Of a stretch of 64,000 bases of DNA, positions 1 through 8,798 are shown piece after piece (the first letter of the stretch is position 1; each line of letters starts with the position of its first letter). Below the pieces are notes generated by a model, which saw only the letters and a program-made list of their open reading frames with translations, did not search any database and had not been told where the DNA came from. The stretch covers positions 1,696,001 through 1,760,000 of the forward strand of contig OZ252243.1 of NCBI GenBank assembly GCA_965249555.1, written 5' to 3'. This DNA is from Nitrosopumilus sp. (GTDB taxonomy: Archaea; Thermoproteota; Nitrososphaeria; Nitrososphaerales; Nitrosopumilaceae). Position numbers and translations under genes: made by a program.

Positions 1-147
1 AAGTCCCACTAGATGAAAGTCTATCCCAGTTGTTTTGTATAATATCAAAGCATCTTTTTCAGAAATTTCCTTATCTGATAATGCATCATTTAGAATTGTA
101 GATACTAGCGGATCTGCATTTTTGAAAAGTGACTCTATGTTTGTCAT
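1..147 (-). CDS. cofH: FO synthase subunit 2 (CofH), N-terminal part; runs off window start
   Basis: ATG at 147 overlaps the cofG stop (ATGA); translates MTNIESLFKNADPLVSTILNDALSDKEISEKDALILYKTTGIDFHLVGL; cofG-cofH adjacency is typical. Confidence 0.7.
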   Translation of the reverse strand, partial: MTNIESLFKNADPLVSTILNDALSDKEISEKDALILYKTTGIDFHLVGL

Positions 148-1313
148 CTCCAGTACTCCTCTTTTACCAATCCTTCCCCATTTTCAATAACTAACATCTT
201 ATCTCTTAACTCTTTACTAACAAAAGAAAAGAATTCTGGATATATTGGAAATCTACACTCTAATTCAAATCCTGCATTCTTTGAATTCTCATCTACTTTG
301 TCAATTTCTGGCCAAGAAAATTCTGGATTGACAAAATCTGGAGTCAATGGCGATATTCCTCCCCAGTCATTTATCCCAACTGATAAGAAACTTTGATATG
401 ATTTTGGAGATAGATTTGGGGGAATCTGTATGTTCATCTCTGGCATGATAATTCTTGATAATGCAACAATTGTTTTGAAATAGTTTTCATCAGCTGATGG
501 CACATTTTTCATCATTGTATCTGGTTTTGGTTGAAAATTTTGTAAAATCACTTCTTGAATGTTTCCATATTTTTGATGTAACTGTTTTATCGCTAAAATT
601 GAATCAATAATCTCCTCTATGGTCTCTCCAATTCCTACTAGAAGCCCTGTTGTCATTGGAATTCCTAGTTTTCCAGAATTCTCTAAGATTTCTAATCTTG
701 CTTTTGGTCTTTTGCTTGCAGCCAAATAATGTGGCATTCCTTTTTCTGTTAATCTTTCACTGATATTTTCAAGCATTATTCCCATTGACACATTTGTTTT
801 CTTCAACTCTTTCATCTCCTCAAAATTTAGGTTACCTGCATTTGTATGTGGGAATAAACCTAATTCTAATGCTAGTTCTGATGAATGAATGAGATATTCA
901 GCAGTTGATTTGAATCCATTTTCCCTAAGCCATTCTCGTGCTTCTTCATATTTTTGTTCTGGTCTCTCACCTGTAACAAAAAGCGCTTCAACACATCCGT
1001 ATTTTTTTGCAAGTTGTAATAATTCTAATATTTGCTGTTTTGACATCAAAGATAATTTTTCTTCTCCTGGCTCGGCTTTGTATGTGCAATAAGAACAAGT
1101 ATCTTTGCAGAGATTAACTATGTTGAAAAATGCTTTTTTTGAAAATGTAACTGAATCTTTTTTGAATTTTTTTCTTAAATTTTGTGCAGTTGAATAAAGT
1201 TCACTGGGATCTTTTACTGCGTTTTGGTAAATCTCGATAACATTTTGGCGCGAAATTACTTTGTTCTCTAAAACATTGTTTAAGCTCTCAGAGTTTAACA
1301 CAAGCTTGTTCAA
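144..1313 (-). CDS. cofG: 7,8-didemethyl-8-hydroxy-5-deazariboflavin (FO) synthase subunit 1, radical SAM
   Basis: CKDTCSYC radical-SAM motif, LFPHTNAG, EVILQNFQPKP, QIPPNL, GINDWGGISP motifs. Confidence 0.92.
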   Translation of the reverse strand: MNKLVLNSESLNNVLENKVISRQNVIEIYQNAVKDPSELYSTAQNLRKKFKKDSVTFSKKAFFNIVNLCKDTCSYCTYKAEPGEEKLSLMSKQQILELLQLAKKYGCVEALFVTGERPEQKYEEAREWLRENGFKSTAEYLIHSSELALELGLFPHTNAGNLNFEEMKELKKTNVSMGIMLENISERLTEKGMPHYLAASKRPKARLEILENSGKLGIPMTTGLLVGIGETIEEIIDSILAIKQLHQKYGNIQEVILQNFQPKPDTMMKNVPSADENYFKTIVALSRIIMPEMNIQIPPNLSPKSYQSFLSVGINDWGGISPLTPDFVNPEFSWPEIDKVDENSKNAGFELECRFPIYPEFFSFVSKELRDKMLVIENGEGLVKEEYWR

Positions 1314-1355
1314 TAGAAAGAATTCTTGACTTGAAGTATTTATGCTTGTATTGTA

Positions 1356-2498
1356 CTAATTTCCATTTGGTCTCTCTTGTAGAACAATTGTTACATTTGT
1401 TGTTCTATTATCTCTTAGAATCTCTAAAACCATTTCATCTCCAACAGTTTTTGCCCTTTGAAGATATATCAAAATATCATCAATCTTTCTAACTTCAACT
1501 CCATCTACTGATAAAATAATATCTCCTCCAATTGGATAATTGACTCCTTGAACTTCAATGATTTCTTCCGATCCAATTAATCCTGCTTTAGAAGCTGGGC
1601 TATTTTCTACAACTGTTACTACCAAAAATCCTACTGCATCCTTTAGGTCCAAAACTTTTGCCAGATCAGGATCAATGTCACGTCCTGAAATTCCAATCCA
1701 TGGATGTTTGTATTCTCCTGTCTCAGTAAGAGTTGGTACAATTTTGGCTATAGTTTGTGATGGTATTGCAAATCCAACTCCTGTAAATTCACCTGTTGTT
1801 GATTGAATTGCAGTATTTATGCCAACTATCTCTCCTCTCATGTTAAGTAGTGGCCCCCCTGAATTCCCAGGATTGATGGCAGCATCCGTTTGAATTACAT
1901 CTGGAATAGAATATCCAGAACCTGATGGAAGTAATCTTCCTAATTGACTTACTATCCCTGAAGTCATAGAACCTGATAATCCAAATGGATTTCCTATTGC
2001 AGCTATTGGTTCTCCTACTTTTAGATTTGATGAATCACCAAGTGCTAACGGATGCAAAAGTGTCAAGTCTACATTGACTTTGATTACCGCAAGATCCGTA
2101 AACTCATCGACTCCAATAATTTCTGCATTGTATGATCTACCATCAAGAAATGTAACTACAACCTTTTTTGCATCAGCAACAACATGTGCATTTGTAATTA
2201 CATGTCCTTTTTTATCGAAAACAAAACCTGAACCTAATCCCCCTTCGCCATCATCTACTTCGCCTCTTTGCACATTAACTCTCACTACTCCTGATTCTGA
2301 TTTTTCAAAAATTTCAATTAATGATAAACTCTCTGAATAAATTGAGATTGTTTCTCCTACTGTACTTGGAGCATGGCCGTTACTTACTACAATCTCTGAT
2401 TTTATTGATTCTGGTGGTGAAACAAATAGTACCGCAAATGCAACAATGACAATTAATGCTCCTATAGTCCCACCTACAAACACACTTGATTTGTCCAT
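1356..2498 (-). CDS. HtrA/DegP-like trypsin serine protease with PDZ domain and N-terminal TM anchor
   Basis: TNAHVV, DLAVIK, IQTDAAINPGNSGGPL catalytic motifs; C-terminal PDZ. Confidence 0.92.
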   Translation of the reverse strand: MDKSSVFVGGTIGALIVIVAFAVLFVSPPESIKSEIVVSNGHAPSTVGETISIYSESLSLIEIFEKSESGVVRVNVQRGEVDDGEGGLGSGFVFDKKGHVITNAHVVADAKKVVVTFLDGRSYNAEIIGVDEFTDLAVIKVNVDLTLLHPLALGDSSNLKVGEPIAAIGNPFGLSGSMTSGIVSQLGRLLPSGSGYSIPDVIQTDAAINPGNSGGPLLNMRGEIVGINTAIQSTTGEFTGVGFAIPSQTIAKIVPTLTETGEYKHPWIGISGRDIDPDLAKVLDLKDAVGFLVVTVVENSPASKAGLIGSEEIIEVQGVNYPIGGDIILSVDGVEVRKIDDILIYLQRAKTVGDEMVLEILRDNRTTNVTIVLQERPNGN

Positions 2499-2536
2499 GA
2501 GATTTTTTATTATCTATTTTCTATCTAAAAGGCTTG

Positions 2537-3745
2537 CTATACGCTGATTGAACTTTGAGTATGATCTTTCATCGAGTAGATTCTTTCTTTCCATGTAACT
2601 GATGAGGCACTCTTTGCCTGAATTAATCCACTTAAAAATCCCAAAACTACTACTAAACCTCCAAGTGGTGCAAAAAATGCATGAATCCATCTTAACTTTA
2701 GTCCAACTTTTGTCTCAATTATTGCACCTATGTAGATTAGAGTTGAAGCAATTGCTGCAGAAATACAAAGTATTTTTGCAGATATGGTCTCTATTGATAA
2801 TACCGCAGATGTGGCAAATACTGGAAATGGAATAAACAACAAAAATAATACTGCAAAGAAAATACCGATTGCAATTTTTCCACTTTGTAGGTATAATGGA
2901 ACCATTAATCTTTTCAATGCATTCCACAAAGTAATTCTGTCTCTAGCCCAAACAGCATCAATTAGATGCTCTCCTCGCACCATCTTCATTTTATATCCTA
3001 ATTCTTTTACTTTTTTTCCTAGTGCACCATCTTCAATAATTTCTTGTTTTACTCCTTCATGCATACCAACTTCTTCGTAAGTCTTTTTTTTCAAGATGAA
3101 AAAACTTCCAAAGAAGTAACCTGTTTTTTTTGCAGGGTTGTTTACATTTAATGCTGAAAATCTAGTATGCAAAAATGTAGAAATCATTGGAAGTGTAATC
3201 TTTGTCCAAAAATCAAATGTTATCATTTTCGGAATTGCAGATAATGCATCTAAATCAAACGAAATTAAATGAGCCACTGCAAGTGATAGTACATTTTTAG
3301 AATGACTTGTATCTGCATCAGTAAATAACAAAAGTTCTCCTGTGGCTTTTCTATATCCTTCCATACATGCCCAGTTTTTACCCATCCATCCTTCTGGTTT
3401 AGGTCTTGCAGACACTGAAATTATTTTAGTATGTTTTTCTGCATACTCTGAAATTATTTTACCTGTAGCATCATTTGATGAATCATCAATAACTATGATT
3501 TCATAATTTTTGTAATCTTGTTTAATTAACGAGTCTAAACATTCACCAATAAATTTTTCTTCATTTCTTGCTGGAAGAATTATTGAAACCATGGGTGATA
3601 CTTTGCATGTATTTTCAAATTTGTCAAGATATGGTGTAAATCTAAATGAATCTGTCATTGACTTGATAAGAAATATCCAAGCTCCGCAAACTCCTATTAG
3701 AATTGCAGTTAGTGAATAGTTGAAAACATCTATAATTAATTCCAT
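2537..3745 (-). CDS. Glycosyltransferase family 2, membrane-bound
   Basis: SIILPARNEE, DDSSND, FTDAD, EDGALG motifs; C-terminal TM helices. Confidence 0.88.
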   Translation of the reverse strand: MELIIDVFNYSLTAILIGVCGAWIFLIKSMTDSFRFTPYLDKFENTCKVSPMVSIILPARNEEKFIGECLDSLIKQDYKNYEIIVIDDSSNDATGKIISEYAEKHTKIISVSARPKPEGWMGKNWACMEGYRKATGELLLFTDADTSHSKNVLSLAVAHLISFDLDALSAIPKMITFDFWTKITLPMISTFLHTRFSALNVNNPAKKTGYFFGSFFILKKKTYEEVGMHEGVKQEIIEDGALGKKVKELGYKMKMVRGEHLIDAVWARDRITLWNALKRLMVPLYLQSGKIAIGIFFAVLFLLFIPFPVFATSAVLSIETISAKILCISAAIASTLIYIGAIIETKVGLKLRWIHAFFAPLGGLVVVLGFLSGLIQAKSASSVTWKERIYSMKDHTQSSISV

Positions 3746-3749
3746 AAAT

Positions 3750-4190
3750 CTATCGCTCGACTTCTTCTTTGATGCTTTGCATTGCTTGCTCAGTGCCGCT
3801 TTTGATGTGTTTTTTAATCATGCCTGTAAACATCCCCATCATCCCAGTTAGCTTTATGTCCCAAACTGTGTTTAGTATGGTCTTTTCATCTTTTGGAATA
3901 AGAGATATGATCTTCTCCCCCTTTAGGATGCCTTTTGTGAATTTTGCCTCTATCTTCTCTTTAGGTTGAAGCTTTACTTCTTGTAGGCATTTTTGATCTC
4001 TGAATGCTATTGTGATTTCTCTATTCACTACGTTTCCATCTTTAGACAAGTTTTTGATTTCTTTTGTCCCCTTCCAAAATTTTGGTTCATTATCAATGTC
4101 TGAGACGACATTCCAAACTTTGTCAACTGTGGCATTGATTTCTATCTCAACCTCAATTGTTGCCATATTCACCACACATTCGTTCCACAT
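3750..4190 (-). CDS. SRPBCC / polyketide cyclase-like protein (start probably MATIE at 4166)
   Basis: IEINATVDKVWNVVSDIDNEPKFW START-like N-terminus. Confidence 0.8.
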   Translation of the reverse strand: MWNECVVNMATIEVEIEINATVDKVWNVVSDIDNEPKFWKGTKEIKNLSKDGNVVNREITIAFRDQKCLQEVKLQPKEKIEAKFTKGILKGEKIISLIPKDEKTILNTVWDIKLTGMMGMFTGMIKKHIKSGTEQAMQSIKEEVER

Positions 4191-4206
4191 TAAATATATT
4201 ATTTAG

Positions 4207-4241
4207 AACATAACGGTAACCTAAATGCCTGGAGTGGAAAT
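4207..4241 (+). repeat. 35-bp site A, left boundary of accessory islet
   Basis: AACATAACGGTAACCTAAATGCCTGGAGTGGAAAT; inverted copy at 6176-6210 (4 mismatches). Confidence 0.9.
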
Positions 4242-4288
4242 GATCTTAATGAATAATCTAAATTAATGTACATTATTCCTCATATTGT

Positions 4289-4834
4289 ATGAGTGAACAA
4301 ACTGAAATTGAACAAGCATTAGAAATTGCCAGAAAAACACGAAATGAAATTCTTTTTGGAAAAAATACTCTAGAAAAGAATTTTCATGGATTTTATACTG
4401 TTGCACAAATTTTAGGTCGAATTGATGATATGAATTGGGCAAAATCTGAGCTTGAAGGTTATTTACACAGTCATCCTGAATATCAAACTAGAATACAACG
4501 TTTCTTTTGGTATCAAAATGTTCAAATTCTTGATGTATCTGATGAAAGACTTGCTTTTGCAACATGTGGATTAAGTATTGCAGAGTTCGAGCAAATATTA
4601 GATCAAAAACAGAAATTTGGTAATAATTATTCTGTTACAAAAATTGAATTTGAATCTCTCAAAAAATACTCAAAGAAATATCCTTTCGCATTACAAAAAT
4701 ATTTTTTAGATCCAAATGCTTTTTTTGCTATTGGAACAAATTGGATACCAGTGATAATGTTCTTGAACATATTTCCAGTAGCATTTGTGACGATATTTAA
4801 TGATAAAATGATTGAGAAATTAATTAAGAAATGA
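4289..4834 (+). CDS. AbiTii-like domain protein (putative defence-associated), C-terminus possibly chimeric
   Basis: VAQILGRIDDMNWAKSELEGY resembles the AbiTii W-x3-EL-x-GY signature. Confidence 0.5.
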   Translation: MSEQTEIEQALEIARKTRNEILFGKNTLEKNFHGFYTVAQILGRIDDMNWAKSELEGYLHSHPEYQTRIQRFFWYQNVQILDVSDERLAFATCGLSIAEFEQILDQKQKFGNNYSVTKIEFESLKKYSKKYPFALQKYFLDPNAFFAIGTNWIPVIMFLNIFPVAFVTIFNDKMIEKLIKK

Positions 4835-4857
4835 TTCCCACTCCACGCATTTAGGTT
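4834..4857 (-). repeat. Internal partial copy (24 bp) of islet site
   Basis: Reverse complement AACCTAAATGCGTGGAGTGGGAAT matches 4218-4241 with 2 mismatches; abuts the stop codon of 4289-4834. Confidence 0.85.
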
Positions 4858-4996
4858 CTTCAAAACAGATTCAAATCATAACTTTAGTTATATCGCGTTT
4901 TTCTCTCGTAAGAAGAGACTTTAATATATAAAAAATAGATTTTTCATAATTATTTTCAAATATCCATATGTTCATGAATTATTCAGTTAATGCAAT

Positions 4997-5326
4997 ATGA
5001 AAAAGAAAAAAGTAATTGATGTAACGGGTTCTGATGACTTTAACCCATTATTCGAATCATTACTTGAAGAACATCATTTCAAGATAGAACTGGGGACGGC
5101 AATTAAGATATTATTTGAGGATCGTGGAAGAGGAGAGAAAATAGAACACGATAAATGGCCAAAGTATTATGTTGATACATACAAAATCAAGAATTTGTGG
5201 AGATATGAGTTGTTGGATGGAAAAAGATTGGTGTATACTATTTTAGGTTCAAATGATGGGTTCATCATCTCAATAATAGAAGCATTCTGGAATCATGATG
5301 AATATGATAAAAGATTTGGTTACTGA
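4997..5326 (+). CDS. Putative RelE-like toxin of archaeal type
   Basis: 109 aa; PKYYVDTYKIKNLWRYELLDGKRLVYTI...HDEYDKRFGY resembles RelE/ParE-fold archaeal proteins. Confidence 0.55.
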   Translation: MKKKKVIDVTGSDDFNPLFESLLEEHHFKIELGTAIKILFEDRGRGEKIEHDKWPKYYVDTYKIKNLWRYELLDGKRLVYTILGSNDGFIISIIEAFWNHDEYDKRFGY

Positions 5327-5646
5327 ATAAGGGATTTGCCTTGTTTTAGTTTGTCATGTTTTGGATCATCAGAGAACGTCCAAACAATTGTTCCGTCATC
5401 ATCAAACATGATCTTGTTCGAGTCTTCTAAATACTCTAAAATCACTTTGAATGAAGGATATTGAATTTGTCTTGGAAGTTTTCTCCATAATTTGTTTTTA
5501 GTAGGATATTCTTTCATTTCTGAAAGAGTTTGTTCTACCATTTGTATAGTTCCAAGAGTTGGATTTGCTTTCTTTGAGTTTTTAGAAACATCAGAAATAT
5601 GCTTTTTTGTTTCTACACTGTTTCGTAGCATGAGTGTGTCTTTCAT
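5320..5646 (-). CDS. Winged-helix DNA-binding protein, putative antitoxin/regulator
   Basis: PTLGTIQMVE...KLWRKLPRQIQYPSFKVILEYLEDSNKIMFDDDGTIVW wHTH pattern; convergent, 3'-overlapping with the RelE-like gene. Confidence 0.55.
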   Translation of the reverse strand: MKDTLMLRNSVETKKHISDVSKNSKKANPTLGTIQMVEQTLSEMKEYPTKNKLWRKLPRQIQYPSFKVILEYLEDSNKIMFDDDGTIVWTFSDDPKHDKLKQGKSLIQ

Positions 5647-5674
5647 ACTTTATTATATGTGCATGCTGATATAT

Positions 5675-5703
5675 ATACATATATGTATCATACATATATG
5701 TAT
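5675..5703. promoter_or_regulatory. Tandem pair of perfect 14-bp palindromes, putative operator in a divergent promoter
   Basis: ATACATATATGTAT at 5675-5688 and 5690-5703, between the starts at 5646 (-) and 5722 (+). Confidence 0.55.
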
Positions 5704-5721
5704 CATACACAAATGAACTAT

Positions 5722-6159
5722 ATGGTTGAAATCAAATATTCACCAATAAAGAAAATAGTGATACATGAGGCAATCAAATATGAACTCCGAGAGTTCATAA
5801 ACTTCAAGGTTTAGCCAAGAGGCTCGAATCAATCTGTAATCCCGTTTAGATGGGATGATGGAATTGTGTTTTCATTTTCTTCTGTAATGCCGACAGAGCA
5901 ACTAGTCAATGAGCGTGTTCAGGATGGTGTGGTTCATTGGAATATTATCGAGTTTGCTGAAATGCCAAAATTTCAAAGCAATTTGATGAATCAAGACAAT
6001 GGCGCAGCATGGCCCATAATGGATGGTGCAACAAATACAGCAGTTTTAGATGCCATAAGATGGTTAAAAAATCAACCACAGTGGTTCCAAAATCAAGTAT
6101 TGCTCAAGCCTAATAGGGTTTCACCTATTTCTTTTAAAATATTGTCTAAGTTATTATAG
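5722..6159 (+). pseudogene. Hypothetical archaeal protein interrupted by an in-frame TAG
   Basis: MVEIKYSPIKKIVIHEAIKYELREFINFKV*PRGSNQSVIPFRWDDGIVFSF is in frame with ORF 5866-6159; TAG at 5812-5814. Confidence 0.6.
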
Positions 6160-6175
6160 ATTTTATTTTAGTTTT

Positions 6176-6210
6176 ATTTCCACTCCAGGCATTAAGGTAT
6201 CCTTTATGTT
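6176..6210 (-). repeat. 35-bp site B, right boundary of accessory islet
   Basis: Reverse complement AACATAAAGGATACCTTAATGCCTGGAGTGGAAAT. Confidence 0.9.
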
Positions 6211-6249
6211 TCGCCTCAAATATATTAGATCACTGTTTGGTTTCAAATA

Positions 6250-6328
6250 GACTGTGGTGGGCAACATGCCTAAAATCCGGAACAGTAACTCCAGTTCCAA
6301 TGGCTTTTGCCACTCTTCCATCACAGTC
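6250..6328 (+). ncRNA. Candidate structured RNA (long irregular hairpin)
   Basis: 11-bp closing stem GACTGTGGTGG/CCATCACAGTC with one G-U, inner GCC/GGC and GGAAC/GTTCC stems; TATA-like AAATATATTA at 6218-6227. Confidence 0.3.
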
Positions 6329-6347
6329 ATTTAAAATTTGAAAGAAA

Positions 6348-6563
6348 ATGAAACCCTCAAAATATATGCCAAAAATTGGAACATTTGATGGTGCTGGATT
6401 TTGGAAAAATGCATATGCCCATCAACGAGGAAAATTACTAAAAAAAGTCAATGTTCCAGATGACCAAATTGTTGTACTAGTTAACAAAAAGTACATGGAG
6501 CTTCCAGCTGCCCTAAGATATGAAATTGAAACTAGTGGACTAGATAAAAATGAATTACAATAA
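6348..6563 (+). CDS. Small conserved hypothetical protein (start possibly MPKIG at 6366)
   Basis: Intact ORF with normal composition, co-oriented with the next gene. Confidence 0.65.
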   Translation: MKPSKYMPKIGTFDGAGFWKNAYAHQRGKLLKKVNVPDDQIVVLVNKKYMELPAALRYEIETSGLDKNELQ

Positions 6564-6591
6564 TCGAAATTCATTTTAACAGGGCAAATTA

Positions 6592-6930
6592 GTGACTGTT
6601 ATGGCAACTATATCGTATGATGATTTTACAAAATTAGATATTCGAGTTGCAAAAATTATTGAAGCTGAACCCATCGAAGGAAAATCTAGAATCATCAAAG
6701 GAAGGATTGATTTGGGAAATGATGATCAACGAGATGTGATTATTGGTGGTGCACAATACTATCAACCTGAAGATCTTATGGGAAAAACTGTCATTGTAAT
6801 TGCAAATCTGGAACCAAAAAAGATGGCTGGAGTTGAATCAAATGCAATGTTGTTAGCAGCTGACGTTGATGATAAACCATTTTGGTTAACAGTAAATGAA
6901 GATGTCCCTTTAGGAAGTCCTATTAAATAA
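6592..6930 (+). CDS. tRNA-binding domain protein (Trbp111/CsaA/MetRS C-terminal-like OB fold)
   Basis: ISYDDFTKLDIRVAKI, NLEPKKMAGVESNAMLLAA. Confidence 0.88.
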   Translation: MTVMATISYDDFTKLDIRVAKIIEAEPIEGKSRIIKGRIDLGNDDQRDVIIGGAQYYQPEDLMGKTVIVIANLEPKKMAGVESNAMLLAADVDDKPFWLTVNEDVPLGSPIK

Positions 6931-6970
6931 TTTGATTAATTTAAGTTTGAATTATATTTTTCTGATATGA

Positions 6971-7540
6971 TTATTCGTAAATCATTAATTCTTTTTCTTC
7001 TAATAATGCGTGCAAATTGTTTACGGATCTATACACATCTTCCTCTTTTTTAGCTCCTGTACAGACAAGTTTTCCTGATGAAAATAACAAAATGACTGTC
7101 TTTGGGTCTAACATTCTATGAATAAGTCCTGGAAACTGTTCTGGCTCATACATACTTCGTGGTAATGTCCTTGCTGCTTGCTCCAAATGAATTCTTCCCC
7201 CTAGATTAATTGATGCTACCATATTTTGAATTGTTACTGTGGCATCTTTTTTTACTTTAATTCCACCTTTCCGAAGTTTTTGCACCACTGTCTTTACTGC
7301 CTTTCTTGCCATATCTTCAGATTTTGAACCAGTACATACCATTTTACCTGAAGTAAAAATCAATGTTGCAGTTTTTGGGGTTTTTAATCTAAAAACTAGA
7401 CCTGGAAATTGATCAGGGTGATATTCTACATCTGGAAATGTTCTAGTAATTTCATTCAAATCCATCTTTTGGCTAACATCTGCTGAAGCAACAACGTTTT
7501 CCACGCTTACAATGGGTTTTGTTTGAGGCATATTCAGCAT
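6971..7540 (-). CDS. tbp: TATA-box-binding protein
   Basis: Two repeats: ENVVAS...YHPDQFPGLVFR...LIFTSGKMVCTG and YEPEQFPGLIHR...LFSSGKLVCTG. Confidence 0.97.
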   Translation of the reverse strand: MLNMPQTKPIVSVENVVASADVSQKMDLNEITRTFPDVEYHPDQFPGLVFRLKTPKTATLIFTSGKMVCTGSKSEDMARKAVKTVVQKLRKGGIKVKKDATVTIQNMVASINLGGRIHLEQAARTLPRSMYEPEQFPGLIHRMLDPKTVILLFSSGKLVCTGAKKEEDVYRSVNNLHALLEEKELMIYE

Positions 7541-7676
7541 TTTGTATTTGAACTATAATAAAAGCACTCGCCATTCTTTCTATTCTTGTGGTGTTTTTTG
7601 GAATTTTTGGTATACTTTTTGGTTTTTAAAGACTAGGACGAATGCTTTAATTTAGATCTGATAAACGCAATGTCTA

Positions 7677-8798
7677 GTGAATTTTACAAATTTTGATTTT
7701 GATCAACTGTTTGCAATGGGTGATGACACAAACCCCATAATGATGGTAATCTGGATAATCCCAATAATCCTTTTTGTATTTTATGGACAACGAATTCAAC
7801 TGTATATCACTTCAAGTGAAATAAAAAAAGCAATCAAAAAACTTGATAGTTTTAAAGATGAATCAAGGAACGAACTAATTGATTACATTAAAAAAAATTC
7901 AACTCCCAAAGATGACACAATAAAAAAAATTGACCGATTTTTAGATTATTTTACAATTATGCCCGTTGACATGGATCCTAATGGCATAATTGATAAAGTA
8001 AGACATACTGTTAGATCCAGAGAAGATTACACTAGAGAACATGTGAAATTGCTTTCTCCAGAACTCAATGATTTGGAATTAACTAAAGTACAAACTTTAC
8101 TTGAAATTGCTTCTTCATTACAAATGATTTACAAAATTGTTAATCACATGTATTTGACTGCAAAAAAACAAAACAATTACCCTCTAATTTTACCTCTTCA
8201 GATGCTTCTTCCTTTTATAATGGAGCAAGCAGAGGCGATGAAAGAAGCAATTCCTGCATTTAAAGCAGGACAACCTGTTGGAGATGGAATTGGTCCAATA
8301 GTTGTAGGAAAAATGATGTTGGATAGTCATAAAGAAACTGTTGCATTTCAAACTGTTCTTGCAAAAACTGAATTTGAGAACAGAAAATTATTTCTTTTAA
8401 AAGCAGAAGGACCAAGTTCTACTGTTGGAAGACCTGCTGATGCGTTAGAAACAATTGTTTCTAGTAACAAACTTGATGCAATAATTATGATTGATGCTGC
8501 ATTAAAAATGGAAGGTGAAGACTCTGCCTCTATTGCACAAGGTTTTGGTGCAGCCATTGGTGGAATTGGTTTTGATAGATTCCAAATTGAGGCAATTGCT
8601 ACTAGTAATAACATTCCTGTCTTCTCTATAGTGGTTAAACAATCAGTCAAAGAGGCAATTACTTTGATGACAAAAGAAATTGCTGATCAAGCTGATAATG
8701 TACGTTTACAAGTTTATGAAATGATTCAAGAAAACACCAAAGAAGGTCAATCTGTATTGATAATTGGTGTGGGTAATACTGCTGGAGTGCCACAATGA
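7677..8798 (+). CDS. DUF1512 family protein
   Basis: N-terminal TM; PVGDGIGP, DAALKMEGE, IGVGNTAGV motifs. Confidence 0.75.
   Translation: MNFTNFDFDQLFAMGDDTNPIMMVIWIIPIILFVFYGQRIQLYITSSEIKKAIKKLDSFKDESRNELIDYIKKNSTPKDDTIKKIDRFLDYFTIMPVDMDPNGIIDKVRHTVRSREDYTREHVKLLSPELNDLELTKVQTLLEIASSLQMIYKIVNHMYLTAKKQNNYPLILPLQMLLPFIMEQAEAMKEAIPAFKAGQPVGDGIGPIVVGKMMLDSHKETVAFQTVLAKTEFENRKLFLLKAEGPSSTVGRPADALETIVSSNKLDAIIMIDAALKMEGEDSASIAQGFGAAIGGIGFDRFQIEAIATSNNIPVFSIVVKQSVKEAITLMTKEIADQADNVRLQVYEMIQENTKEGQSVLIIGVGNTAGVPQ

Noticed and set aside
4192-6227. AAATATATTA on both sides of the islet as a TSD
   Set aside because: The copies are 5 and 7 bp away from the repeat ends and are low-complexity, TATA-like; better explained as promoter boxes
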